Positions 55,801 to 62,229 of a stretch of DNA of 64,000 nt are shown here, one piece after another. The stretch comes from Lama guanicoe (Eukaryota): the NCBI GenBank assembly GCA_013239625.1, contig MU053379.1:3454866-3518865 (forward strand), read 5' to 3'. Numbering within the stretch: the stretch's first letter is position 1; each line of letters opens with the position of its first letter. A model generated the notes under the pieces. The model did no database searches, was not told the DNA's origin, and was given only the letters and a program-made list of their open reading frames with translations. A program made the position numbers and the translations under genes.

Positions 55801-58549
55801 AGGTTGCCAGCTTGGTGATCTTGGGTCCGAATCTTTAAGTGACTAAAAAAGGAAATTTTACAGTTGAAGGCAAACAAAATATTTTTTTTAGTCAGACCTT
55901 TCTGATTCAAGTGGGTTTAAACACCCTTTTAAATAGTCTGATACTTCATGAAACACCTTAAACCACAGTAGGTACGAGGGACACAAAGCCCACTCTGGTG
56001 CCGCGCATCACACACAACGGCTGCAGGCGGGCGGGGTCGGCTAGAGTTTGGGGAGGATACCCGCCAGTTTTTAGGCTTTGACTGTGTGATGCACGTGGCT
56101 TTTAATGCAGACGTTATGCTTTTCCACAGAGGTGTTGGGGCTGAACCTCTGCTGCCGTGGAACCGTATGCTCCAGACCCAAAACGCAGCCTTCCAGCCAA
56201 GCCAGTACCAGATGCTCGCGGGGCCGGGCGGGTACCCACCCCGACGCGACGATCGCGGGGGGAGACAGGTGACGCAGCGCGGGTGTGGGTGGAAGCTTGC
56301 TGCTCCCTTTGCCATGCCTCTTGGGACTCCTTTTTTTTAAATATTTCAATTGAAACAGCTCGATAAGGTGTTGGTAGAATAGCTCGGCGGAACTTGGATC
56401 CCTCGTTAAAAATGTATATACGTGGTGAGTATCTGCCCCCTAAATACGTTCTACCTTGAGGATGCTGAAGAATTTTCAGACCAGAAGCCCCTTTACTCAC
56501 AACAGTCTGACACTTAGTGTGCTAAACACGGGCCTCACCAAAACGCATTGCTTATCCTTTAAGGAAGTCGCTTTTTGTTCTAATAGAAACTAGATCTCCC
56601 AAAATAAATGGTAATTTTCTAGAAGCTGAAAGTAACATCACACCTTTTCAGCTCCTTATTCCTCCTAGAAGTTTTCTGTCTTCATTCGTTTGCTCTCTCT
56701 CTTCATGGACAGAAATCTCCTACATGATTTTCCATACACGTTTTGCTGTTTTCACTAGACTTAAACAGCTGTGTCTACTTGAGTGAGCACGGCAGCTCCT
56801 GGGCAGAGGCAGCCCACGCGAGCTCATTTCCTTCTCTTTCTAGCATCCAGTTTTAGCAGCGTTTAAGCCTAAGGACTGTTTGCCTGGCCATTTGCAGCCT
56901 GGCCAGTATTCACATGCTCTCTCATCAGATCCTTGCCAGAGGGCGGGGCCCGAGCGCTGGGGCGCAGGGCGCGTGGTGTCGGTGGGCCAGCACCTGCAGC
57001 CACCTGCCCTGCTCTTCGAGCTGCTCGCCTGGCGCCGCCTGTGGGGCCACGGGCATTCGTTATTCTTCCGGCCCAGGGTCTTGCCGTGTGTACCTTTGCT
57101 CTTACAGCTAAGAAAAGTCTTTTTTTTCACACATTTTTGGTGTGTTCATAGAAGTCTCAGTTCACTTTACAAGAAAGTAATCATCTTGTCTTTCGAGAAA
57201 ATTTTATTCTAGTTCTTTAGAATCATTTCATAGACTATTACTATGAATACTGATGGCCCAGAATCGCTAACACTGGTGTCAGCAGAGCCAGTAGGCCGAG
57301 ACCGTTTATGGTACGGGTGGCACTCAGCGACCTAGAAAATGCACACTGCTGAAAGGGAGGCGTGCCACAGCTGCAGGAAGCCCTGGAGAGCGGGCCGTGC
57401 TCTCAGCTTGGCTTCCAAGTCAGGAGTTAAAACTTAAACCTCTTGCTGTTTGGCGGCAGAGCTGGGACGTCTGTGACCCCTGCCCCCGCTTCATCGCCTC
57501 TCCTGCCTCCTTTAGGGGAAACCTTCCCTTTAAAGGGGCTCTGCTGCTACAGGAGGTAAAATTCTTCTTCACTGAGAAGACATAAACCAGTTGGTACATT
57601 TATAATTCTTTTAAGACTTTTTGGAAGTACATGTTTCTGCTGAGATTTTTTTAATTAAATCACAATTTTGAAGCACTATTAAATTATAAAAGTTCATTGT
57701 TAAAAATGAAATTATGATTTCACTGCATTTTTAGTGGAGTTATATGGCTAAAGAAAGCCTTAGCCTACATACTGTGGCCTTGAGGGTCTGCACATCCTCA
57801 TCCTGTACTGTGAACCAGTGAAGTGCCCTGGGTGACCGCAGGGGGACGGGTCCATGTCAGAATCCCAGAGGCCTGAGGGGCATGGTGACGGGGGAGGCGG
57901 CACGTCTTGTCTGTAGGCTGTACAGAAATGGGATTTGCAAGCATATGAGGAAATATGTTGCCAGTAATTGGTGATGTAATGAGCTGACGTGGTGCGCTCT
58001 ATTATTTATAGCTTAACAAACAAAAAAATGCCTGTAATTAATAGCTCATTAGGCCTCAGCTGCAGCAGCAGGCCCCTGCCTTGGTTAAGCACGAGGACTT
58101 TCTGGAGGTGGTGCGGGCGCCTCACACTGCAGTGTGGCTTGAATTGCTGTGGGGGGTAGGGAGGAGGGAGGGCCTGCACAGAACACTTGACTGTCCTTCG
58201 TTTGTGTGCATTTTAAGGAATTTCTTAAGCACTTGTTGAGGCTTGTTTGGTTAGTAGTCAGTGATGGCATTTATGCTAATGTCCACCTTTGCAGCCAGCT
58301 TCCTGTGAAGCTGCAGACCAAAGCACCTGTTTGTGGAAGCCCCCACGTGCCGTACCTTTAAGACACAGCCACCTTTTTGATGGTGTGTCTTTCCATGGAG
58401 AAGTGAGATTGATTTCTTTGCAGGGGTGTTAATCCAGAAACTAAACTCTTCATTTATTTTGCTTTTCTTTTTTTTTCCCCCAGGGATATCCCAGAGAAGG
58501 AAGGAAATACCCTTTGCCACCGCCCTCGGGAAGATACAGTTGGAATTAG
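7735..58549 (+). CDS. XRN2: 5'-3' exoribonuclease 2, spliced CDS exons 2-30 (5'-partial; exon 1 lies upstream of the window)
   Basis: 29 exons with GT-AG boundaries and compatible phases join into 2775 nt of open frame ending in TAG. Contains family motifs [59 protein letters not shown] and the mammalian C-terminus [21 protein letters not shown]. Confidence 0.99.
7966..8077 (+). CDS. XRN2: XRN2 exon 3 (112 nt)
   Basis: tccag|A CCA GCA ... GGA GTG|gtacgt; [37 protein letters not shown]. Confidence 0.97.
8200..8780 (-). mobile_element. L2 remnant
   Basis: Begins with ttcattcattcaa (L2 tail, antisense), followed by purine-rich L2-like sequence. Confidence 0.5.
9944..10055 (+). CDS. XRN2: XRN2 exon 4 (112 nt)
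   Basis: cccag|GCG CCC ... AGA G|gtagag; [37 protein letters not shown]. Confidence 0.96.
11210..11251. repeat. (TG)n/(TGCG)n alternating purine-pyrimidine microsatellite
   Basis: gtgtgtgtgtgtgtgtgtgtgtgcgtgcgtgcgtgcgcgtgc. Confidence 0.95.
11527..11585 (+). CDS. XRN2: XRN2 exon 5 (59 nt)
   Basis: ctag|GT GGC ... CCA|gtaagt; [19 protein letters not shown]. Confidence 0.97.
11662..11751 (+). CDS. XRN2: XRN2 exon 6 (90 nt)
   Basis: ttag|GGA ACT ... ACG|gtaagt; [30 protein letters not shown]. Confidence 0.97.
12490..12562 (+). CDS. XRN2: XRN2 exon 7 (73 nt)
   Basis: gtag|GTT ATT ... AGA G|gtaaag; [24 protein letters not shown]. Confidence 0.97.
12698..12748 (+). CDS. XRN2: XRN2 exon 8 (51 nt)
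   Basis: ctcag|CC CAG ... GAC G|gtaagc; [17 protein letters not shown]. Confidence 0.97.
13209..13366 (+). CDS. XRN2: XRN2 exon 9 (158 nt; catalytic D235 equivalent and CCHC zinc knuckle)
   Basis: gacag|CT GAC CTC ... AAG|gtgaga; [53 protein letters not shown]. Confidence 0.97.
13395..13510 (-). mobile_element. L1M 3'-end fragment
   Basis: ttttactgtgataaaataaacgtaacagaaaacataccatttcaaccacgtttaagtatacaggtcagtggcgttag. Confidence 0.6.
14010..14160 (+). mobile_element. MER58B-like hAT-Charlie fragment
   Basis: aatatgcaacagagaccgta...aaaatatttagtgtctggccctttacaaaaaaacatttccgacccct (MER58 3' terminus). Confidence 0.65.
14343..14417 (+). CDS. XRN2: XRN2 exon 10 (75 nt)
   Basis: gcag|CAC GAT ... 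GAG|gtacgt; [25 protein letters not shown]. Confidence 0.97.
14501..14634 (+). CDS. XRN2: XRN2 exon 11 (134 nt)
   Basis: gtag|TAC TTG ... ATC AG|gtgtgt; [44 protein letters not shown]. Confidence 0.97.
14735..14792 (+). CDS. XRN2: XRN2 exon 12 (58 nt)
   Basis: gcag|G GAA GGT ... GGG|gtaagt; [19 protein letters not shown]. Confidence 0.96.
14876..14983 (+). CDS. XRN2: XRN2 exon 13 (108 nt)
   Basis: tacag|GGT TAC ... GAG|gtaaag; [36 protein letters not shown]. Confidence 0.97.
15420..16100 (-). mobile_element. L2 remnant
   Basis: ggtctccggcttgggcagtggggaggttgtggtgccgttcactgaaatag; gatactgagtttgaggggccactggacacc. Confidence 0.6.
17010..18240 (-). mobile_element. L2 remnant interrupted by a SINE
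   Basis: ttattaagtgcttaccatgtgccaggtagtattctgagtgttaccgatacagc (L2 3' end, antisense); gcagtgaagaaggtagcaggtggcaggattctgagcatgttttgaag. Confidence 0.7.
17209..17338 (+). mobile_element. tRNA-derived SINE, camelid Vic-1-like
   Basis: ggggagggcacagctccgtggtagag (A box) ... ctgggttcaatccccagtacc (B box) ... cctaattacctccccc plus A tail. Confidence 0.8.
19104..19148 (+). CDS. XRN2: XRN2 exon 14 (45 nt)
   Basis: ttag|GAC AGT ... AAG|gtgagt; [15 protein letters not shown]. Confidence 0.97.
19975..20140 (-). mobile_element. Laurasiatherian/artiodactyl-type L1 3'-end fragment
   Basis: tttttattgagatatagtt...acagtgattcacaatttttaaaggttatatgccattta...atattccctgtgttgtacagtatatccttgcagctta. Confidence 0.7.
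20721..20852 (+). CDS. XRN2: XRN2 exon 15 (132 nt)
   Basis: ttag|AGA GAT ... TCC|gtaagt; [44 protein letters not shown]. Confidence 0.96.
24151..24266 (+). CDS. XRN2: XRN2 exon 16 (116 nt)
   Basis: gcag|AGT CCT ... GTC AG|gtgaag; [38 protein letters not shown]. Confidence 0.96.
25335..25452 (+). mobile_element. tRNA-derived SINE, camelid Vic-1-like
   Basis: ggggagggtatagctcagtagtagagcgcatgcc...aaggtcctgggttcaatccccagt...cctaattactgcccc; degenerate flanking repeat ggaagtacttg / agaaatgcttg. Confidence 0.85.
26825..26960 (+). CDS. XRN2: XRN2 exon 17 (136 nt)
   Basis: ttag|A CTG TGG ... CAG|gtacag; [45 protein letters not shown]. Confidence 0.97.
28159..28266 (+). CDS. XRN2: XRN2 exon 18 (108 nt)
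   Basis: ctag|GGC TGT ... CCG|gtaagc; [36 protein letters not shown]. Confidence 0.97.
28359..28448 (+). CDS. XRN2: XRN2 exon 19 (90 nt)
   Basis: gcag|TTT AAA ... CCT|gtgagt; [30 protein letters not shown]. Confidence 0.97.
29096..29168 (+). CDS. XRN2: XRN2 exon 20 (73 nt)
   Basis: gcag|GAT TCT ... CAA G|gtaagg; [24 protein letters not shown]. Confidence 0.97.
30290..30975 (-). mobile_element. L1M ORF2/3' fragment
   Basis: ctttgcttttggtgtcacatctaagaaatcactgccaaatcc; cccagcttcattcttttgcgtgtggatgtccattttctcagc. Confidence 0.8.
32883..32966 (+). CDS. XRN2: XRN2 exon 21 (84 nt)
   Basis: cccag|GT GTC ... GAG T|gtaagg; [27 protein letters not shown]. Confidence 0.97.
33730..33827 (+). CDS. XRN2: XRN2 exon 22 (98 nt)
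   Basis: cccag|CC AGG AGA ... CAG|gtgcgt; [32 protein letters not shown]. Confidence 0.95.
33903..34436 (-). mobile_element. L1MB-like 3' fragment filling most of intron 22
   Basis: ttttggtaaaatataaacagaatttaccattttaaccatttttaagtg...gctgctgtgaacactggtgtgca...ggggtgtatgatcaggaatg. Confidence 0.8.
34450..34529 (+). CDS. XRN2: XRN2 exon 23 (80 nt)
   Basis: cacag|TCG GTG ... GAT CA|gtaagc; [26 protein letters not shown]. Confidence 0.96.
34720..35225. mobile_element. hAT-Charlie-derived DNA element (MER119-like)
   Basis: gatccacgaggtcaagactgttttc...ttttccagaggcta...agaatccagct...aaaggggttctgagatcagagttggagagctg. Confidence 0.55.
35771..35827 (+). CDS. XRN2: XRN2 exon 24 (57 nt)
   Basis: ttcag|G GTG GTG ... 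GTC AG|gtgagt; [18 protein letters not shown]. Confidence 0.96.
40290..41590 (+). mobile_element. L2 remnant (GC-enriched)
   Basis: Pyrimidine-rich L2-like body ending in a degenerate L2 tail (ctgagtgaatgaa, about 41577-41589). Confidence 0.45.
42814..42882 (+). CDS. XRN2: XRN2 exon 25 (69 nt)
   Basis: ctag|T ATT AAT ... GCA AG|gtgaca; [22 protein letters not shown]. Confidence 0.96.
42976..43107 (+). CDS. XRN2: XRN2 exon 26 (132 nt)
   Basis: ctag|A AAA CCT ... TTG GG|gtgagt; [43 protein letters not shown]. Confidence 0.96.
43840..44050 (+). mobile_element. MIR SINE
   Basis: cagcgtggcgtggtggtgaaggccacgggctttg...caagttaccgagccgctctgagtctccatctcctgtgtgtgagatgggaatgacaatgacacctgcctcgc. Confidence 0.75.
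44449..44630. mobile_element. MER8/Tigger2-type MITE
   Basis: Degenerate terminal inverted repeats cagttgccccttgac ... ttgttcaaagggcagcg; internal aaatccacgtgtgagtggacctgcaccgttc. Confidence 0.65.
44942..45069 (+). CDS. XRN2: XRN2 exon 27 (128 nt)
   Basis: cgtag|C CAC GTC ... TCA A|gtaagt; [42 protein letters not shown]. Confidence 0.96.
45900..47050 (-). mobile_element. Old L1M fragments
   Basis: ttgactttgtatccagcaacctcactaaaattcatttat; tcatgtcttctgcaaatagtgacagtttta; ttgaattttatcaaatgcttttcc. Confidence 0.7.
47441..47663. repeat. Compound (CCAT/CCAC)n repeat with interspersed CACCTTAC units
   Basis: ccatccacccacccatccacccaccttacccatccatccactcaccttac... over about 220 bp. Confidence 0.95.
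47995..48200 (+). mobile_element. MIR SINE, heavily GC-converted (now CpG-island-like)
   Basis: agcacgcgccctggagcc, cccgcctcccagg and aagcgcttggagcagtgcctagcgcgcggg occur in the order of the recalled MIR consensus. Confidence 0.6.
51235..51259. repeat. (CA)n microsatellite
   Basis: About 12 perfect AC units. Confidence 0.95.
51536..51599 (+). CDS. XRN2: XRN2 exon 28 (64 nt)
   Basis: tccag|AT ATG AGG ... GAC AG|gtaata; [20 protein letters not shown]. Confidence 0.96.
52960..53195 (-). mobile_element. MIR SINE
   Basis: tttctacagatggggagactgaggcccacaaaagtg...tgactccagagtc. Confidence 0.65.
53545..53770 (-). mobile_element. MIR SINE, left half GC-converted
   Basis: cacgaggcgcagagtcactttgacttggctgaggtgtcacagctggtgg matches the antisense MIR core; the left part is CpG-rich. 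Confidence 0.55.
56130..56268 (+). CDS. XRN2: XRN2 exon 29 (139 nt)
   Basis: cacag|A GGT GTT ... CAG|gtgacg; [46 protein letters not shown]. Confidence 0.96.
58484..58549 (+). CDS. XRN2: XRN2 exon 30, coding part including stop
   Basis: Long pyrimidine tract, then cccag|GGA TAT ... [27 protein letters not shown]. Confidence 0.97.
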   Translation, partial: GYPREGRKYPLPPPSGRYSWN

Positions 58550-59030
58550 GGTTTTGTAAAGCTTTCCCAAATCCTTTCATCAGTTCTACAATTTTATGCT
58601 ATTTGTGGAAAGATTTCTTTCTCAAGTAGTAGTTTTTAATAAAACTACAGTACTTTGTGTATTTCTTTTAACTGTGTATATTTCTACTGATCCGATCTCA
58701 CTGTTTTATGTTGCTTTCCAAAGGTGTGTGTTGCATAATGCAGTGGATCTGAATTTATTATTGCTTGTAAAACACATTTGGTGGAACAGGAATACTGGTT
58801 TTTCATTATGGCTAAAAATCAAACCAGCTGTGGATTTCAGAACACAGTGTATTCTAGATCATCTAAGAGCCATGCTGATTTTTAATGCACAGGAATTAGG
58901 TATGAACTCTTGAGCTGGAACCCTCAGCCAACTAGAGTGTATATTGTTCAGTATTTCTTTGGGAACATTTCATTAACGTACTTGTCATATGGAAATTTCT
59001 GGACTTTAGTAAAAAAAAAGACAAAACAAA
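58550..59030 (+). other. XRN2: XRN2 3' UTR (3' end approximate)
   Basis: AT-rich, repeat-free sequence after the stop; AATAAA at 58638 and AGTAAA at 59008, the latter followed by a GT/T-rich tract at about 59041-59060. Confidence 0.7.
58638..58643 (+). terminator. Proximal polyadenylation signal AATAAA
   Basis: Canonical hexamer 88 nt after the stop, followed by T/GT-rich sequence (tactttgtgtatttcttttaactgtgt). Confidence 0.7.
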
Positions 59031-59359
59031 AAACATTCCAGTCTCTTTTGTTGTTGTTTTACAGTATTTCAACTTTGAGAATCTTGGCCAAGCATATGGT
59101 TTCTTTAAATGGGTATTTCAGAAAACAGTTCATTTCTACAATTAGATGTCTAGAGAAAGCCGTGCAGAAGTAGCCTTTGAGAGGCCGTGGGCAGCAGGGC
59201 GGCCCAGCCAGCCTGTGTGTTAGCGTGTGTGTCCGCGGCTGCTCTGGCCAGCCGTGCGGTCTCTGTGAGAGCAAATCGTTCACGTTTCGTAGATTCCATG
59301 CGGACTTGTGCTGCAGCTTAAAGGACTTGGTTTAAATCTTTAAGAGAAGTTGGAAAGTT

Positions 59360-59633
59360 CGGGGATTGGGTGAGTGAATTGCTGGGAGAGACTGAGGTGC
59401 AGACTTCCCAGGTACGACGTGGACGAGCTGCGGGGTGAGATGTACACCGTGGGGAATGCACTCATCATAATGCGGCGCCTTTGTACTGTGACGCCGGAAC
59501 CTGCGTGCTGATCACTGCGCGGCGCGCAGACGCCTCAAATACCTGCGGACCTGGAGCCAACACAGTGCGTAGGCCAGTTACACTGCAGTTGGGAAAGTGC
59601 ACAGAACACAGTGGGAGGGCATGAAAAAAAGAC
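59360..59633 (+). mobile_element. 5'-truncated L1 (L1MA9-like 3' end), GC-converted, with target-site duplication
   Basis: gaggtgcagacttccc...gatgtacaccgtggggaat...tgatcactg...acctggagccaacacagtgcgtaggccagttacactgca; flanks agaagttggaaagtt (59345-59359) and aaaacttggaaagtt (59634-59648) match at 13/15. Confidence 0.7.
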
Positions 59634-60689
59634 AAAACTTGGAAAGTTTAATTCCTAGCTAAATAGTCTATGCTGCTTGGCATATATTTTGCATTATTTC
59701 ACAAGAGATTTCAGTTTGTACTCATTTTTTTCCTGCTACTAAGCACACTGTGATTCTTTACATTTGTGCTTGCAGGTCACACACAGCACTTCATATGCAT
59801 TTTTCATTTGCCACAAAAAACTTGGAAGCACGTATAACGACTTGCTGCTGTTTACATTTTTCCATTCTAGCCTCAGACTGTGAAATAAGGCTTCTCTTTG
59901 ACTTTCTGACTTAGGACATTTTTGCTTTAATAGTCAACAAAGGCACACTTGTTACTCTTAAATCTATTTGGAAAAAAAAATCCCACCTTAACCTTGGATA
60001 GGAAGGTATTTTGAAGCTACTGAGTTCATTGCTGCTGATGGGTGAGTAGAGCAGGGTTCTTTATTGTTGCGATAAAGAGTCTCTCCACTGGGAGTTAACA
60101 CACCCGTTACATACTTCCTTCACGGTACGCTAAAGTGGTGGTAATGTCTCTGTTAAGCTATCTTGCAGATGATAAAAAAGGTGTGGCACCTAAACCAGGC
60201 GTCGCCTATTGCAAAGGAGCCCATGTTAACGTCTCGCTGTGTGGAGCCTCACGCGTACCCCTGCCCACACCTCCACGCGACCTCCATTTTCTCGGGTCTT
60301 TACTTTTGGTCTGGTTTAATTTTGTCCTAAGCTATCCTGTGTCTGTAAAACAACCGTTTTTGACTTGGTTTTTCCACCATTCCATGTAACAGAAAGCCTG
60401 ATGGAAAACTGACCCCCTCTGGCCGGTGGTGAGCCCTCACCTCCGGACCTGCTAACCCTTCACCCTCGCTTCCTTCTCTCTTCATCTCGTTCCAACTTGT
60501 CCCCACTTTTGAATCTTCTAGAAAGATGCCCTGTCATTTCAACAAGTAAACACTTTTTACAACTTCAAATGCAATGTTTAAAGCTATAAATATCACCGCC
60601 ATATTTGGATGTAAGTGAAATCAATGGGTCAGTTTTATTTAATTAACTATACGCCATCATGTTGTCTTTAAGTCTTTCGGGGCCTCATC

Positions 60690-61230
60690 TAAGACTGAAG
60701 AATCTCCGAACGTGGGAATAGCCCGACCTTATCGTGGCGCTGAGAGCCCCTGATGAGCCCTTGTCATCCCCGCAAAGACCAAGTGAGGTTTGGGCACAAG
60801 GCGGTCCGCGCGCTGCCGTCCGGTGGCCGTGCGCGCCAAGGAGGCCGGCGGCTGCGCGACCGACGGGCGGAGGGCGCGGCTCGTCCCGCGCATCCGCCTC
60901 CCCCCCCCCCCCTGGGCGCGGCGCGGCCGCTTCTCCCCCGGCCCCGCGCCGTCTCCGCTTCCCGCGCGGGTGCAAACACCGCACCTGCTGCCGAGGCTGC
61001 TGTTCTACGTTCCAAGTCTGCGCGGAAGCGAATTCAGCTGCGCTTCCAAATCGAGGATGGAGACATCCTCCGAAGTCCGCTGGAGCCCCACCCCCACTCG
61101 CGGGCGGGAGCGGCTGCCCCCAGAGCCACGGGGAGCCGGGCCCGCCAGACCCCTGCTCACCGGGGGAGTCGAACCAGCGAAACGACAAACGGCCCGTTCT
61201 CGATGGATTTCTTGCGCGCTCGCCTGCGTT
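60690..61230. promoter_or_regulatory. CpG island downstream of XRN2
   Basis: About 540 bp of very GC- and CpG-dense sequence between AT-rich flanks; no credible coding exon. Confidence 0.7.
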
Positions 61231-62193
61231 GCTTGTTTCCTGATACTGCATCCATAGACTGAGGGCCAAAGAGGGAACATGCTTCAGTTTCTGGGTGTGA
61301 AATGGGGATACAGCCATTCACTGCTGCAAAATAGTCTGCTAGAAATGCCTAAACAATTACTGAAAAAGGAGGTTACGTGGAATTTAAAAAAACTGAAAGA
61401 AAAGGCATTTCATTCAATTGCAGATAAACATTCTACAGCAAAAAATAAATGAAACCAAAAAACCTCTCTCAGAAGCTTCCTTTACCTCTGGACTTAATAA
61501 AAGTGATCTTGAAATCAGAGTTATCTCAATACTTACTGGAGAGCGAATTCCCGACCAGACGGGCACGCATTTCCCAGCCTTCCAGTCGTCTTTGCCTCTT
61601 CTCCAGATGCTCACGAGTTCTCACTGGCAGTAAGAGTCTATTTATTTCTAATAAGATGTATCTCATTGGATTTGGGCATGGCAAGTAGCGGTATTTTTAA
61701 AAACTGGACTTAATTAACATACAGGGTTTTATCCACTCATGTTAGTGTTATGTTAAGCAGCTGGGCAGCATCATTCATGGTTTGAACTACATCTGAAATT
61801 TATTTTGCTACCAAATAGTGCATTGCTTTATGCACAAATTCATAACTAAAAATGCAACCTGTGGGTCTTGGTCATTATGGTTCACAAATTTATTCTAGAA
61901 GTTTTTCTAAACCATCACTACTCAATGCAGCTAACAAAGCGAGTCTTCAGAAGGTGCTTGCATTTACCAAACAGGATTGTGTCTCTGATTTGCTTTAAAT
62001 TGAAAGTAAACAGTCAATAGCTGAATGGAGTTTGAACACAACATCTGTGTTGTTAAAAGTCTGATTGACTACTTGTTCTGAACATTAGGTTTGAGTTCTA
62101 AGCAAAGCCTTAAACAGAAGACAGCTGGGTTACACCCCCCTCCCATCCTTCCAGATGCAAAGCACTCTTCCTGTGCCCGTCAGCGTTGCGCGA

Positions 62194-62229
62194 ACGCACG
62201 CGCACACGCACACGCACGCACGCACGCAC
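62194..62229. repeat. (CGCA/CA)n alternating purine-pyrimidine repeat
   Basis: acgcacgcgcacacgcacacgcacgcacgcacgcac. Confidence 0.9.

Noticed and set aside
60685..61317. Overlapping 155-210 aa ORFs on both strands in the CpG island
   Set aside because: Pro/Arg/Gly/Ala-rich translations in several frames are expected from stop-poor GC-rich DNA; no homeodomain or other recognisable domain, so not NKX2-4.
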